Assembly (NCBI GenBank): GCA_963823665.1
Contig: CAWGMQ010000004.1
Span: 1,760,001-1,824,000 of the forward strand
Source: an uncultured Planctomycetota bacterium
Lineage (GTDB): Bacteria; Planctomycetota; Planctomycetia; Isosphaerales; Isosphaeraceae
Length of the DNA stretch: 64,000 bases
Direction of reading: 5' to 3'
Shown here: positions 45,901 through 56,880 of the stretch, piece by piece
Position numbering within the stretch: position 1 is the stretch's first letter
Layout of the letters: the number at the start of each line of letters is the position of its first letter
The notes under the pieces: model-generated
What the model saw: only the letters and a program-made list of their open reading frames with translations
What the model was told of the DNA's origin: nothing
Databases searched by the model: none
Translations under genes and position numbers: made by a program

Positions 45901-47191
45901 ACACGTGATAGGCGATCGCACCCAGCGAGAAAACGTCGAGGTGCTCGCCCACGCTATTCTCGTCGGCGATGGCCTCCGGCGCCATGTACGCGGTCGTGGC
46001 ATCCTCGACCAGCCTGTCTACGTGCGATGTCGCCGCAATCGCGCCAGAGACCTTCGATGTCGACGTGCCTTCCCGATATCCCACCTGCCAGTTCAGGATC
46101 TTGATTTTTGGATGAGACGTCGACGGATCACGTACCAGAATGCTCTGGGGGCAGAGCCCTCGATGAACGACTTTTTTATCGTGTGCGAAACGGACGACTT
46201 CCGCGATCTGCCTCATCAGGTCGAGGCGTGCGCCGACGTTCAAGGAATCTCGCTGCTGAGATAAGAAGTGGTCAAGCCGAAGTGCCTGCGGATCATGCTC
46301 GAAGATGAGCGCAGGTCCCAGCTCGTGTTCGGAGAAACCATAAATTCGCAGGATCGCCGGATGCTGAAGTGATTCCAGCAACTGGAATTCTCGCAATGCC
46401 GCACGTTCGAGCTTGCCCCGGTCCTCCTTGCTTGACTCGGTTCGCACGTGGTACACCCGCACGCGGCGTTTGATGTCCTCCAGTCGCACGTGGGTCGCGA
46501 GCCAGTCCTGGTAGCCCGGTCCCTCGCCGAGAATTCGTTCGAGAAGATAGTCGCTGACTTTTCGATGGCGCTGGCATGGGCGGATCCCCGCTTGATCCAT
46601 CGCCTGGCTGACCATCTTGGCCGTCGGCTGGTTGTGCGTCCCTTTCAGATACCGCTCGAGCCCCGGGCATTCCCGGTTCTTGATCGCTGCGAGGATGCCG
46701 GGGCGACGCTCAACATCGCCGGCCCGTTCCCGATCGCGCAGGCAAACCCGGTAAGCCGCCGTGCCCTTGAGGTCGAGCTGCAACCCAGGCGCCGAGCAAA
46801 AGACCAGATGCTCGATGAACGGAACGGTTCCCTTGTTCTTGCAAGCTCGCTGGCGCTGAAGCAGCGCACGCAGCTTCTTCGCCTTCGCGTTGGCGGCGAG
46901 CACGGGATTGTCCGAGGTGATCAACCGGCCCTCGGTCTCCCACGACCAGGTCCCCGCGTCGCCAAAGAGCCGCCCCGGCCTGCTCTTGATCTCAACGAGA
47001 AAGAACCCTTCCGGCGTGAATGCCAGAAAGTCAACCTCATTGACACTTCCGTCATCGGCGATGAACTCGAAGTTGCTCCAAGCCTGGTAGGGTTCATGAG
47101 CCGGGAAGCCCGCCCGGACAAACTCGAGCGCTTCTCGTTCCCACGGAAACCCAGACTCCGCGACCTTGATCCAGTTCTGCCCGGCTGCCAT
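42932..47191 (-). CDS. pglW: BREX-2 PglW (NERD nuclease-like + two kinase domains + RNAP alpha-CTD-like domain)
   Basis: AWSNFEF...EVD...LVEIKS (NERD); degenerate VHRGLCPQSI kinase; HRDIKPDN/DFSLA kinase; LGTRATNALDR...RGVGNKTRREI. Confidence 0.93.
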   Translation of the reverse strand: MAAGQNWIKVAESGFPWEREALEFVRAGFPAHEPYQAWSNFEFIADDGSVNEVDFLAFTPEGFFLVEIKSRPGRLFGDAGTWSWETEGRLITSDNPVLAANAKAKKLRALLQRQRACKNKGTVPFIEHLVFCSAPGLQLDLKGTAAYRVCLRDRERAGDVERRPGILAAIKNRECPGLERYLKGTHNQPTAKMVSQAMDQAGIRPCQRHRKVSDYLLERILGEGPGYQDWLATHVRLEDIKRRVRVYHVRTESSKEDRGKLERAALREFQLLESLQHPAILRIYGFSEHELGPALIFEHDPQALRLDHFLSQQRDSLNVGARLDLMRQIAEVVRFAHDKKVVHRGLCPQSILVRDPSTSHPKIKILNWQVGYREGTSTSKVSGAIAATSHVDRLVEDATTAYMAPEAIADENSVGEHLDVFSLGAIAYHVFSAEPPAASGLELSNKLRETKGLQISSVMNGAGQNLQDLVRFATHPEITSRIDSVADFLELLEGVEDELTAPEHQYVVDPEQAQKGDLLPGGLTVIRRLGHGACSIALLVERGGQDYVLKAANDPEQNDRIQNEAEVLQKLRHQHIVEFCDKAPIGEHAGFLMRPVLVDKNEKRVETLGQRLRKEGRLHIDHLQRFGVDLLDVLNYLQEQGIAHRDIKPDNIAVGMVGRSDTLHLMLFDFSLARMPNENIRAGTTGYLDPLLPLRKPPRWDLHAERYAAAATLHELATGTLPRWGDGTTDPSHMTCEITIDAELFDASLRERLTGFFRKAFRRNVAQRFDNAEEMLTEWRHCFENIEQPGTLSDHVDEETLRSLLAGATFDTQVHELGLGTRATNALDRANLLTVEDLLTVPIRRLARLRGVGNKTRREIVTAVRILRERLGSPAGSASSGPPVVDEAPAPGEEADTASLSIDLLAGRLLPKARTDGPDPAAGVMSVLLCLGGETGKPWPSQAEVAQLCKFSRGRLSQVVGTYQARWAKEPAITRLRTDVSGIMGSAGGVMLVPELAEALVVARGSVEDEPRRTALARAVVRAAVEVERSMREPRFHVRREGARVLVALSPELAAFALRLGEIGDKLAGEDPLVPPQRALERLRDLSAPDGSPLIADSRLVRLAALASCHSALSSRHEFYPRGMEAARALKLSQGAIYGVASLTVQEIRERVKSRYPEAAELPGPPELDVLLRDAGFDFEWDPALRGVGGYKSRLTESFTYSSASASAVRESTGMATGEDTQIEVTPEIADARQFEDRLKHGIKEGSFTVLLVNPKCYQCAYQELARRFPVELVDFEALFLDALRQVVDKAGAKWDAVVSADANPGDGKWDRLMVLVKRAMPIVEARLHAVKKPMLMIYAGLLARYGQMGLLESLRDKIGRRDGIAGLWVLVAGDHQALLDGKVVPTLSPGQRVRIPESWLRNKHRANGGGSSERSGDE

Positions 47192-47304
47192 ATCTTGACT
47201 ACATCACAGATGCGACGAGCATTCAAAGTTGTGATCAACCTTACCAAAGCCATCCTGGTATGCTAGCAGGTGGTGTTTACATCCGTCACCAAAAGAACTA
47301 CGCC

Positions 47305-48071
47305 ATGACCCCCCGAATCCGCCCACTATCGCGCCAGGAACTCCGCCAGCTAGACTCCCAGGCCGCCGGGCAGCTCGGCCTACCCACAGGGTTCCTGATG
47401 GAGAACGCCGGGCGAGGCGCCGCCGCCTGGCTCGCCGAGCTCTGCGGCGCAATCCCACCAACCGCCGGCGGCCGCCCTCTTTCACCAGATCCATCAAGGC
47501 ACACACCCGACATCCCCCGCGGCCCGGCCCATCTGCCCAGAGTGCTGGTCCTCTCCGGCCCCGGCAACAACGGCGGTGACGGCGCCGTGCTCGCCAGGCA
47601 TCTCGATGGCTGGCGATTCCCCGTCCAGGTCCTGTGGCTCACCCAGAGCAAACTCCTCTCCGGAGATCCAGCCCTGCACTGGGCAGTCCTTCAGAAATCC
47701 GGGATCAACCAGTCAGCATGGCTCGATGATCAGCCAGACGACGCTGCTCTGCCCCCGATCCTCTCGAGGGCAGACTGGATCGTCGACGGCCTCCTGGGCA
47801 CAGGATTATCGCGCCCCGTCGAGGGCCTCCTGCGCACGGCGATCGATGCCATCAATGCCGCCGGCAAGCCGATCCTGGCTCTCGATCTTCCGTCAGGACT
47901 CGACGCCGATACGGGCGCCCCGCTGGCGCAGCCGTTCGAGCCAGCGCCACCGCGACCTTTGCCGCCCCCAAGCTCGGCTTCAGCGCCAAAGGCGCCGCGG
48001 CCTACACCGGCGAAATCGCCGTGATCGACATCGGCCTACCCCGATGCTTGCTCGAGCCGTACTACGTCTGA
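47305..48071 (+). CDS. nnrE: NAD(P)H-hydrate epimerase (YjeF N-terminal); apparent frameshift near 47925
   Basis: [33 protein letters not shown]; shifted frame gives [11 protein letters not shown]...IDIGLP to TGA 48071. Confidence 0.88.
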
Positions 48072-49195
48072 CTGACCCTCCGCCGGCGTCGCCAGAATTC
48101 GCGATCCGCCCATCGCCGCTCCATCGAATAATACTCACCCTGCTCCCGCAGATAATCCGCAAACGCAATCTCCAAAACCTCGGCATACCGGCGAATACCA
48201 TCTGCGTCCCCGCCCAGGCAAGTATCCACCGCCTCGCCGCAGCGCGTTCCGGTCCACAGCGCCGTCAAGATGCCGCGTGATGACAGAGGATCCAGCGCCA
48301 TCGCCGCATCCCCGGCCGCCGCCCAGCCGTCACCGGCCGCCAGATCAAGCCGCGCCGTCCGCGCTGAGCCCGCCTTCGGAGGATGCTGAAGCCTGTAGCC
48401 AAACGCCTGGAAATACGGCCCGATGCACGCGGTCTGATCGAGCAGCGAGCGAAACACGCTCGCCCCGCGCGTGATCCCCTGCGGCGCCAGGTCCGCGTCC
48501 GTCAGATAAATGAAAACCCGGCGCCCGCCAGGCACGAGCGAGGTATACCACCATCCGTCGGGCGCGGCTTCCACCAGCGTGTGCTGCTCGATATCCGGTC
48601 GCTCGCTGGGTCCAACCACCGCCGTGAACGCGGCCAGTCGGTCGCTGGCGCGCAGCTTGGCCCCCAGCCGCCGCGCAATCGCGGCCGGCCGGCCGCTGGC
48701 GTCGATCACCCAACGACAGCCGATCTCCCGCTCGCCAGACCGCGGGTCATCAATCCCGACACACCACCGCCCTGATTCCTCTCGGGAAACGCGCCTCAAA
48801 TAACCGCTCCGCACATCGGCTCCTGCGGCTCGTCCCGCCTCAACGAGCGCGGCGTCAAACGCAGCTCGGTCGAGAATCCAGCCCTGACCGTTGGGGTCGA
48901 AGAGAAAGTCGACGCACTGAACGTCGGGGCTGCCCCACACCGAGAGATTCCCGAGGCACGCGAGGTGCCCGTCCTTGCTAACCTGATCCAGCGCACCGAT
49001 CGCGCGCAAAAGCGGCCGAGCAGCCGGCGGCAGCGACTCACCAGCAGGACCGGTCACGCGATCGGCATTCCCAACCAGCAGCACCCGACGCCCCGCCCGC
49101 GCCAGAACCACAGCAGCAGCAGCCCCCGCCGGCCCCGCACCCACGACAACGACATCAGAATTGCAATTCGCAGACATGCTCTCAGACCGAGCCAT
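48062..49195 (-). CDS. LodB/GoxB-like FAD-dependent oxidoreductase
   Basis: [45 protein letters not shown]; directly downstream of the LodA-like gene. Confidence 0.85.
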   Translation of the reverse strand: MARSESMSANCNSDVVVVGAGPAGAAAAVVLARAGRRVLLVGNADRVTGPAGESLPPAARPLLRAIGALDQVSKDGHLACLGNLSVWGSPDVQCVDFLFDPNGQGWILDRAAFDAALVEAGRAAGADVRSGYLRRVSREESGRWCVGIDDPRSGEREIGCRWVIDASGRPAAIARRLGAKLRASDRLAAFTAVVGPSERPDIEQHTLVEAAPDGWWYTSLVPGGRRVFIYLTDADLAPQGITRGASVFRSLLDQTACIGPYFQAFGYRLQHPPKAGSARTARLDLAAGDGWAAAGDAAMALDPLSSRGILTALWTGTRCGEAVDTCLGGDADGIRRYAEVLEIAFADYLREQGEYYSMERRWADREFWRRRRRVSQT

Positions 49196-49205
49196 CCCCT
49201 CGAGG

Positions 49206-51100
49206 TCAGTTTCCTTGCTTGAAGCGGTGCACTTTTCCGATCAGCGGCAGCGCCGCCTCGCCCCCCTCAGGCAAAGAGACTCCCATCGCTCGCGCCGCTT
49301 CCGGCAGCTCGGGCCGTGATTCCACCATGATCACCGGCGGAAACGCCTCATCGCCATCGCCTTTGACCCCGGGCCGGGCCTCGACCACGCCCAGTTTTCC
49401 GAAATCCGCAACCATGTTGTTGATCGCCTGGTAGTACTGCGCAAGCGTATCGACCGGCCCCAGGCCACGCAGCCAGAGCGCACGCCGCTGAAACGCCGCC
49501 TCGCGCTCAGCGGCAGACTTCGACGGGTCGATCACGATCAAGTAATCGTGCAGCGTGAGCACATCATTCGGCAGCGCGCAGGCCAGAACGTGGGCAAGTG
49601 CATGTCGTATCGCTTGTCATAACCAGCCCGGCAGCTCGCCGTGTCGGTCTGCCACGGCACCGCCATCCACCGCGAGAGCCCGCCAGGTGCCTGAGCATAA
49701 AGGGGTCCGCCCACGGTCACGACGTTTTCCGGAGTGAGCTTTGGCCCAAGCGGTGGCTCCGGATCGCTCGCCCGTCGATGGCGAATGCGGAAGGGCGCGG
49801 AATACATGGTGGGATGGCGAACCGGCCAGGTCATTTCACAACCGGGGTGAAACGCGTCGGCCAGGCAGAACTCGAGCGCGGACCGGTCGAGCATTGCGGG
49901 TTGTGCCGCGACCGGCACTTCTTCAAGGGTTCGCGGCGGCTGCGCGGCCGGATCGAAGTCCTCGTCAAAGGTCCCATCGGCCCACTTCGCCAGCAGCCGC
50001 ATCTGCGTCGCGGTCAGCTCGATCTGTTGCCGCACTGACACCGCGGGGATATTCATCGCGTCGCCGTAGATCCACGGCCAGGGGACCGGAGACATGCCGT
50101 CGCGGTTGATATTGCGGAACGCGTTAAAGATTTCACGACGGAGCTCGGCATACTGGGAACCGGTACTCGCCAGCCGTGTGAGGTATTCCGGCGTCAGAAA
50201 GTCATTCGGCGCGCCCCAGCCGAACTGCGCGGCAAACCCGTGGTTCACCCACTGGAGACGAGTGAGCCGCCGCAGAATTGGATAAACGTCCCGCGTGAAC
50301 GACGCCCGCGCCGGGGGCTCGAGCGACCCCGCCTGGATATACACGTCGGTGAGCAGATCATACATCGTTCGCAGGCCGTGCAGGTCCGGCGCGTAGTTCG
50401 GCGGCCCAACCAGCACCCACGCGGGCTCGACCGGAATCGGTTGTCCGCCAATCTGAACCACGGCCGTGACCGGACCGTCCGAAACGTCATCATGCCAGCC
50501 ATCGTTGTTGGCGAAGTCCTTGGCGGGTGTGCCTGCGGCTGAAGCCGAAACCCCACGGCCGCCGAGGAACAACAACCGGCCCTTCTCGTCCGTGCGAATC
50601 TCTCCCAAGTAGACAGGAGTGTCCAGAAACTTCCCGTCGTCAAACCAGTACTTTCGCCCCGACTTCTTCGCCCCTGTGATCGACCGCGCCTTGGGCGTGA
50701 TGGCCAGCTTCGATCGGTCGGCTTCTTGAGCGTTGCGCAGATTCGACGGATCCGCAGAAGACGCCTCCGGAATATCGAGCGCGAGCTGGAACTGATACCA
50801 CGCGGCCTTGTTGTTGGCGACTTGCACCGTCCACTCAATGTCGGCGTTGTCCGCGGTCAGCTCCACGACGGCCTCGCCCGCGGCGTTGTAGCCGTACGCG
50901 CGAAAACGAGCTGCCTGGCGCTTGAGTGCTCCGGTTGCATCCTTGGCGAACCCGGGCTTGACCGGCTCCGGGTCGGTCACCTCCGGTCCGATGAAGAACC
51001 CCGTCTCGCTGTTGCCCACCCGGGCAATGCCGAGCGCCGGGTGGATCGCCGCGCGCACGACCTTGCTACGTGTGTCACGCGCCGTCTTGACTCGTCCCAT
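49206..51100 (-). CDS. LodA/GoxA family CTQ-dependent oxidase; apparent frameshift near 49575
   Basis: IHPALGIARVGNS, LKRQAARFR, NNDGWHDDVSDGPV, FHPGCE, PWQTDTASC, FWPAR(VPNDVL); GGAGG RBS before ATG 51100. Confidence 0.9.
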
Positions 51101-51294
51101 CGCGAGCACCTCCCGCCAGGCCCAGGCACCGGTCACCCCACGCCAAGTTGTAACGACCGAAAAGCGCACCAACAAGCCATCACCCACCATGGCCTGAGCG
51201 CCCAGGCCGCCCCTTGCAGCCCCCAAAGCGGCAAGCCCAAAATCAAGGCGAGTCAAGTGCTCCTTCGTAACTGAAGTGATGCGAGGACATCATC

Positions 51295-52887
51295 GTGAAA
51301 TCATATTTGGCGAAAGCCTTGCTCGCGGCAACCGCGTTCTGTTCGAGCGCACCCGCTCCCATCAAAGCCCAGCAAGATTCCCCCACCAACCAGGCGATCC
51401 GTGCGGTCAATCAGGGCAACGTCGAAGGCGCGATTGACCTCTTGAACAAGCACCTGGAGAAAGACGCCAAGGACGTCCAGGCCCGCGTGGTGCTGGGTCA
51501 GATCCTCGATTTCGACGGCCGTCCCGATGAAGCCGTCAAGCTGTGGGAACGCGCTCTCACGGGCGCGGAGACAGATTTTACTCTGCTCATGTCCATCGGC
51601 GAGATTCGTCAACGCCAGGGCCGCGATGGGCCGACGATCAGCAATCGCCGCGGCATGCTGCAAGTCAAGCCCAGTACGAACAAGGTGGAGGAAGCTGCCT
51701 TCAAGAAGGCAAAGCTCGCTCTGGCAGAAGCGGCCTATGCAACGGCCCGCGCGCTCCAGCCCGCCGAGGAAGACGCCGCGGCGGCTCTGGCAGCGGTCTA
51801 TTCGCTCGAGGAGAAACACGACGCGGCGGCTCAGGTCTGGAAATCCCTGATCGAGCGGGAGCCCAAGAATGCCGGCTACCAGTTGCAGCTCGCCCTGGCA
51901 ACCCGGCAAGCCGGCCGTTCGGACGAAGCCGCGCGCTACCTGGAACGCGCCATCGCGATTAATCCCCGCCTCGCCGAGGCCCACAAGGCCCTCGCCGAAT
52001 ACCAGAAAGCGAAAGGCCGCACCGCCGAAGCGGCGCAAAGCCAGAGCCGCGCCGATTTCTACGACCGACTGCCTGCCTTCTGCACGCTCGAGTATTCGAC
52101 AGACAACCAGAAGACGCTGGATCATCTGGAAGATCCGGAGACCGTCCGCAAGCTGGTTGCTGATCCCTCGAAGACCGCCGCGGAATTCCTGGCCGTGCTG
52201 TGCTGGACCCATCCGCACAACGATCTCGAGACAACCGCATTCGACGCCCTGGAATCGCGCGGCGCCGCAACCACGGCGATTTTGCAGGAGCTCTTCAAAG
52301 AAGCCCGAAGCACATGCACCGTGAGGAGCACGGCGCACATCCTCGCCCGGAGAAAAACCGACGGGCTCCTTGACGAGTTGTTGAAGAGGCTGCCGGGCGA
52401 TCTTCGCGGTTTCGGCATGGAAATGGACATCGCCGGCTCGCTCGACGACCTTGGCGACGCACGTGCCGTTGCGCCTTTGATCGAGATTCTCAACCCGGAA
52501 AAGGCCGATCGATCGCAGGACGGCCTTCTGACCGACCGAACGACTGCGCGCGGCCGGGCCGCGCTGGCTCTGGGAGCATTCGACACCCCCGAATCTCGCC
52601 GCGCCCTCGAACAAGGCACGCACAGTCCGCAGGTAAAGGCTCATTGTCTGGCCGCGCTCTATCGCCTGACTCGCGATCAAAAACACCTCGACGCACTGGA
52701 AGCGGCCATTTCCCAGAACGAGGGTTTCGCGACCTACGCCATAGGTAACTATTTGCGCAAGAAGGTCCCCACTGAAGCCGCCAACGCTCTGGCCCAGAGG
52801 TGGCAGCGCGAGCGCGAAGCCGGGCAAGCCGCCACCAAGGCTCAATCCGAAAAACCCGCGCCACCCAAACCCAACAAAAAGCAGTAA
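51295..52887 (+). CDS. Secreted TPR + HEAT-repeat protein
   Basis: Signal peptide, TPR helices, HEAT-like LGDARAVAPLI / AALALG; GAGGA RBS. Confidence 0.8.
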   Translation: MKSYLAKALLAATAFCSSAPAPIKAQQDSPTNQAIRAVNQGNVEGAIDLLNKHLEKDAKDVQARVVLGQILDFDGRPDEAVKLWERALTGAETDFTLLMSIGEIRQRQGRDGPTISNRRGMLQVKPSTNKVEEAAFKKAKLALAEAAYATARALQPAEEDAAAALAAVYSLEEKHDAAAQVWKSLIEREPKNAGYQLQLALATRQAGRSDEAARYLERAIAINPRLAEAHKALAEYQKAKGRTAEAAQSQSRADFYDRLPAFCTLEYSTDNQKTLDHLEDPETVRKLVADPSKTAAEFLAVLCWTHPHNDLETTAFDALESRGAATTAILQELFKEARSTCTVRSTAHILARRKTDGLLDELLKRLPGDLRGFGMEMDIAGSLDDLGDARAVAPLIEILNPEKADRSQDGLLTDRTTARGRAALALGAFDTPESRRALEQGTHSPQVKAHCLAALYRLTRDQKHLDALEAAISQNEGFATYAIGNYLRKKVPTEAANALAQRWQREREAGQAATKAQSEKPAPPKPNKKQ

Positions 52888-53022
52888 ACACCTCGTTCCA
52901 ACGCTCAGCGCGGGAACACCCTCCCCGACGCTTCGCGTCTCATCCACCAGCACCTGGGTGCCCCCCCCGGGCCGAACCTCCTGCCGCCTCATAACGTATG
53001 ACCTGATAGATCAAGCCGGCTC

Positions 53023-53430
53023 ATGGCTGAGCCAGCTCAGTACAAGAAAGGGACAAGGATGTACCTCACTTCAAGACGCAAACGGATGACGGCCGTCCTG
53101 GTCGTCTTGTTTTTAATCTCCTCAAGCGCCGCCCAGGCGTATGCCCACGGCGGCGGGCACGGCGGCAGCGGGGGCGGTCACGGCGGAGGCGGTGGGCACG
53201 CGGGCGGCTGGGGCGGTGGTGGTCACCCCGCCAGCGGATCCTTCGGCGGTGGCTCCCATTCGCTCTGGTCATCGGATTCCAGCCTCTGGCCTTCCGGCAG
53301 CGGTACCAGTCCGAACCCTTTCGTCGACTACTCGCCCAGTTACCCCGACGACCTCCCCTCGGCACGCATCCATCGCTTCCTGGAAGACCACCTACCACAC
53401 CCTCACTGGGTGCATTGGTTCCACGGTTGA
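53023..53430 (+). CDS. Gly/His-rich small exported hypothetical protein (start may be 53059)
   Basis: Hydrophobic signal-like segment, AYAHGGGHGG low-complexity region. Confidence 0.55.
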   Translation: MAEPAQYKKGTRMYLTSRRKRMTAVLVVLFLISSSAAQAYAHGGGHGGSGGGHGGGGGHAGGWGGGGHPASGSFGGGSHSLWSSDSSLWPSGSGTSPNPFVDYSPSYPDDLPSARIHRFLEDHLPHPHWVHWFHG

Positions 53431-53582
53431 GCGGGGGGACGCCTCTCACCATAACGCCCGTGCCTTTCCGGCGGCAACTTCGGATAATCCATGTCGATGT
53501 CCGAAAACGGCCAGACTCGCGACTGGGCCGCGTATAAACTTCTCCAAGCTCAGTGACCGTACTCAAGGCGCACCGAGCTCCA

Positions 53583-53615
53583 CTGACAACCGACAACCAA
53601 CAATTGACATCTGAC
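53583..53615. repeat. Imperfect 7-bp tandem repeat
   Basis: CTGACAA-CCGACAA-CCAACAA-TTGACAT-CTGAC directly upstream of the alkA start. Confidence 0.65.
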
Positions 53616-53624
53616 GACCCAAAA

Positions 53625-55091
53625 ATGCCCCCCGACGACGAGATTCGCTACCGAGCTCTGGCTGCACGTGACGCGCGGTTTGATGGCATCTTCTTCGTCG
53701 GCGTCACGTCGACCCGGATCTATTGCCGGCCGATCTGCACGGCTCGATGTCCCGGCCGCAACCGCTGCCGGTTCTACGCAAACCGGGCGCTGGCCGAGCG
53801 CGACGGCTTTCGTCCGTGCCTGCGCTGCCGGCCCGAGCTGGCACCCGGGCATGCGCCGGTCGACGTGGTGCGCCGTACCGCCCAGGCCGCGGCGGGCCGG
53901 ATCGAGGCGGGTGCCTTGAATGACGGTGGCAGCCTGGACGAGCTGGCCGCCGACCTCGGCCTGAGCGCCCGCCAGCTCAGGCGCGCCGTCAAGCAGGAGT
54001 TCGGCGTTTCCCCGATCGAGCTGGCCCAGACGCAGCGTCTGCTCCTGGCCAAGCAGTTGCTCTCCGAATCGAGCCTGCCGATTATTCAGGTTGCCTTCGC
54101 CAGCGGCTTCGAGAGCGTCCGCCGTTTCAATGCCTTGTTTCGCGCGCATTACCGGCTCACACCGAGCGACCTCCGCCGCCTGGCCAGGCCCTGCACCGGC
54201 GACCTCGTGCGGCTCACGCTCGCCTATCGCCCGCCGCTCAACTGGAGTTCGCTGCTGCGATTCTTGAACGGCCGGGCGACCGCAGGCGTCGAGCAAGTCG
54301 TCGGTCAGGCCTATATCCGTACCGCGGCGGTAGGAAAATACCAGGGCTGGTTAAAAGTCGAGCCGGTCGCCCGCCGCGATGCGCTCTCCGTCGAGATCGC
54401 CACATCGCTGATGCCGGCTTTGCCCGAGATCATGTCACGGCTGAAGAACCTGTTTGACTTGAGCGCCAGACCGGACGTGATTGCCTCGCATCTCTCGGCC
54501 GACGAGCGGTTCGCGGCCCTGGTGCCGTGCTGCGCGGGCTTGCGGGTTCCTGGAGCATTCGACAGTTTCGAGCTGACGGTGCGGGCCATCCTCGGTCAGC
54601 GCGTTTCGGTGCGGGCCGCCACCACGCTGGCGGGCCGTCTCGCAGCCCACTATGGCGTGCTCATCGAAACGCCTTTCCGAGGGCTGGACCGCCTCAGTCC
54701 CGCAGCTTCGCGGCTTGCCGAGGCCCCCGCGGCCGAGATTGCCTCACTCGGCATCGCGGCCCCGCGTGCGGCAACCATTCGCTCGATCGCCCAGGCCGTC
54801 GTCAGCCAACAGCTCGATCTCCAGCCTGGTGCCGACCCCGTCGCAACGACCCTCGCGTTGCAGGCGTTCCCGGGAATCGGCGACTGGACTGCTCAATACA
54901 TCGCGATGCGAGCGCCTCGCTGGCCCGACGCCTTCCCTGCCGGCGATCTGGTTTTGCTCAGGGCCGCATCCACGAAATCACCGCAGCAACTTCGCGACCG
55001 CGCCGAAGCCTGGCGCCCCTGGCGGGCTTACGCAGCCATGTATCTTTGGGAATCCCAGCACCTTCAAGAACAGGAGAGCCTCGATGTCTGA
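53625..55091 (+). CDS. alkA: Ada Zn-binding/AraC regulator fused to AlkA DNA-3-methyladenine glycosylase
   Basis: [22 protein letters not shown], Ara[31 protein letters not shown]. Confidence 0.92.
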   Translation: MPPDDEIRYRALAARDARFDGIFFVGVTSTRIYCRPICTARCPGRNRCRFYANRALAERDGFRPCLRCRPELAPGHAPVDVVRRTAQAAAGRIEAGALNDGGSLDELAADLGLSARQLRRAVKQEFGVSPIELAQTQRLLLAKQLLSESSLPIIQVAFASGFESVRRFNALFRAHYRLTPSDLRRLARPCTGDLVRLTLAYRPPLNWSSLLRFLNGRATAGVEQVVGQAYIRTAAVGKYQGWLKVEPVARRDALSVEIATSLMPALPEIMSRLKNLFDLSARPDVIASHLSADERFAALVPCCAGLRVPGAFDSFELTVRAILGQRVSVRAATTLAGRLAAHYGVLIETPFRGLDRLSPAASRLAEAPAAEIASLGIAAPRAATIRSIAQAVVSQQLDLQPGADPVATTLALQAFPGIGDWTAQYIAMRAPRWPDAFPAGDLVLLRAASTKSPQQLRDRAEAWRPWRAYAAMYLWESQHLQEQESLDV

Positions 55092-55656
55092 ATCGAACAC
55101 CCAGGTTTATTACAGCATTTATCTGAGCCCGGTGGGCGAGCTGTTGCTCACCTCCGAGCGCGGCATGTTGAGCGGGCTGAACATGGCCTTGCAGCAAGGA
55201 AAGCCCGCCCCGAGCCCGAAGCCGCAGTGGCGCCGCGACGACAAGGCACTGCATGACGTACGCCGGGAGCTTGACGCCTACTTCGAGGGCGACCTGCAAA
55301 CCTTCGATCTGCCTCTCCATATGGCCGGCACGCCATTTCAAAAGCAGGTCTGGCAGGGATTGCTGAAGATTTCGTACGGAACGACCATCAGCTACGCCGA
55401 GCTGGCCCGGCGCATCGGCCGCTCCGGCGCCTCGCGCGCCGTGGGCGCCGCCAACGGCCGAAACCCGATTGGAATCATCGTCCCTTGCCATCGCGTCATC
55501 GGCGCCAACGGCACCTTGACCGGCTACGGCGGCGGGCTGGACCGCAAGGAATGGCTGATCTCCCACGAGGCCGCCGCCGTCGCAGGGTGCGATCAGGGAA
55601 AATTGCAGCAGGGAAATTTGCATCCGCGCAAACGCATGCCTACACTAGCAAGGTAG
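55084..55656 (+). CDS. ogt: Methylated-DNA--protein-cysteine methyltransferase
   Basis: [29 protein letters not shown]. Confidence 0.95.
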   Translation: MSESNTQVYYSIYLSPVGELLLTSERGMLSGLNMALQQGKPAPSPKPQWRRDDKALHDVRRELDAYFEGDLQTFDLPLHMAGTPFQKQVWQGLLKISYGTTISYAELARRIGRSGASRAVGAANGRNPIGIIVPCHRVIGANGTLTGYGGGLDRKEWLISHEAAAVAGCDQGKLQQGNLHPRKRMPTLAR

Positions 55657-55701
55657 ATCCACACCCCAAGAAGCGGCAAAACTCCAAGGTCGGACGGTCC
55701 C

Positions 55702-56880
55702 ATGATCAATCGTCGAGACGCGCTGAAATCGCTCGTCGGCGCCGGAGTTCTCTCGTACGCCGGCACGGCCTCCGCACAGACTCCCTCCAAGCGCTCAACG
55801 AAAAAGAAAAAGAGCGCGTCCCCCGCCACAAGCGAGAAATCGCTAAAAAGCGACTCCAGGGTGGAAGACTTGCTCGGCCCGATTCGCGACGAGCATCATC
55901 TCCCGGGTTTGGTCGGCGGCATCGCGTTCGGCGGGAAATTGGCGGCCTTGGGTGCCCTCGGCATCCGCAAGATCGGTTCGTCCCAGCCGATCCAGGTGAC
56001 CGATCAGATGCACCTGGGCTCGTGCACCAAGGCGATGACGGCAACGATGATCGGCTCGCTGGTCGAAACCGGCAAGCTCTCGTGGCGATCGACCTTCAAG
56101 GACATCTTTCCCGAGAGTGCGGACCAGTTTCATCCCCAGTTTCAGACGGCGACGCTTTCGCATTTGCTCACGCACCGCGCCGGCCTGCCGCACGACGGAC
56201 CATGGTGGAGCCTGCCCGGCCAGACCACAACCCAGGCGCGGCACGCTCTCATGACCAGCATGCTGCAGGAAGCACCTCTCTCCAAGCCAGGGTCGAGTTA
56301 CGCTTACTCGAACGTCGGCTACGCGCTGGCTGCCCTCATGGCCGAACAGGTGAGCGGCGAATCCTGGGAGAGCTTGATGCAAACGCGGCTTTTTGAGCCG
56401 CTGGGAATGTCATCGGCAGGGTTCGGCACGCCCGGGCGAGCGGGCGCCGTGACCGAGCCCTGGGGCCACCGCCTCGACGGCCGTGACGTGAAGCCCACCC
56501 AGCAAGACAACGCCCCGAGTCTGGGCCCGGCGGGCACCGTCCACTGCTCGCTTCCCGATTGGGCCAAGTTTGCCGCGCTCCATCTGGCAGGCGAGCATGA
56601 TAGCTCCAAGCTCTTGAAACCGGCGACGCTCAAAACGTTGCACACCCCCCCGCCATCTTGCGAATACGCCGGAGGCTGGATTGTGCTCGAGCGGTCCTGG
56701 GCCGGCGGTACGGCGCTCAACCACGCCGGCAGCAATACAAGCTGGTACGCGGTCATCTGGCTGGCGCCGGCCCGGAATTTCGCAGTCCTGGTCGCAACCA
56801 ACCAGGGCGATAAACCAGCGGAACAGGCTACCGACCAGGCCGCCAGCACGTTGATCCGCGCCCTGCGTTCGTTCCAGTGA
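55702..56880 (+). CDS. Serine hydrolase (beta-lactamase-related) with Tat-like signal
   Basis: NRRDALK, SCTK (SxxK), LLTHRAG, YSN, HAGS. Confidence 0.88.
   Translation: MINRRDALKSLVGAGVLSYAGTASAQTPSKRSTKKKKSASPATSEKSLKSDSRVEDLLGPIRDEHHLPGLVGGIAFGGKLAALGALGIRKIGSSQPIQVTDQMHLGSCTKAMTATMIGSLVETGKLSWRSTFKDIFPESADQFHPQFQTATLSHLLTHRAGLPHDGPWWSLPGQTTTQARHALMTSMLQEAPLSKPGSSYAYSNVGYALAALMAEQVSGESWESLMQTRLFEPLGMSSAGFGTPGRAGAVTEPWGHRLDGRDVKPTQQDNAPSLGPAGTVHCSLPDWAKFAALHLAGEHDSSKLLKPATLKTLHTPPPSCEYAGGWIVLERSWAGGTALNHAGSNTSWYAVIWLAPARNFAVLVATNQGDKPAEQATDQAASTLIRALRSFQ

Noticed and set aside
44081..46264. Long antisense ORFs (also 30253-32295, 51301-52992, 11240-12640)
   Set aside because: They are shadow ORFs opposite well-supported genes, as expected in GC-rich DNA; no motifs.
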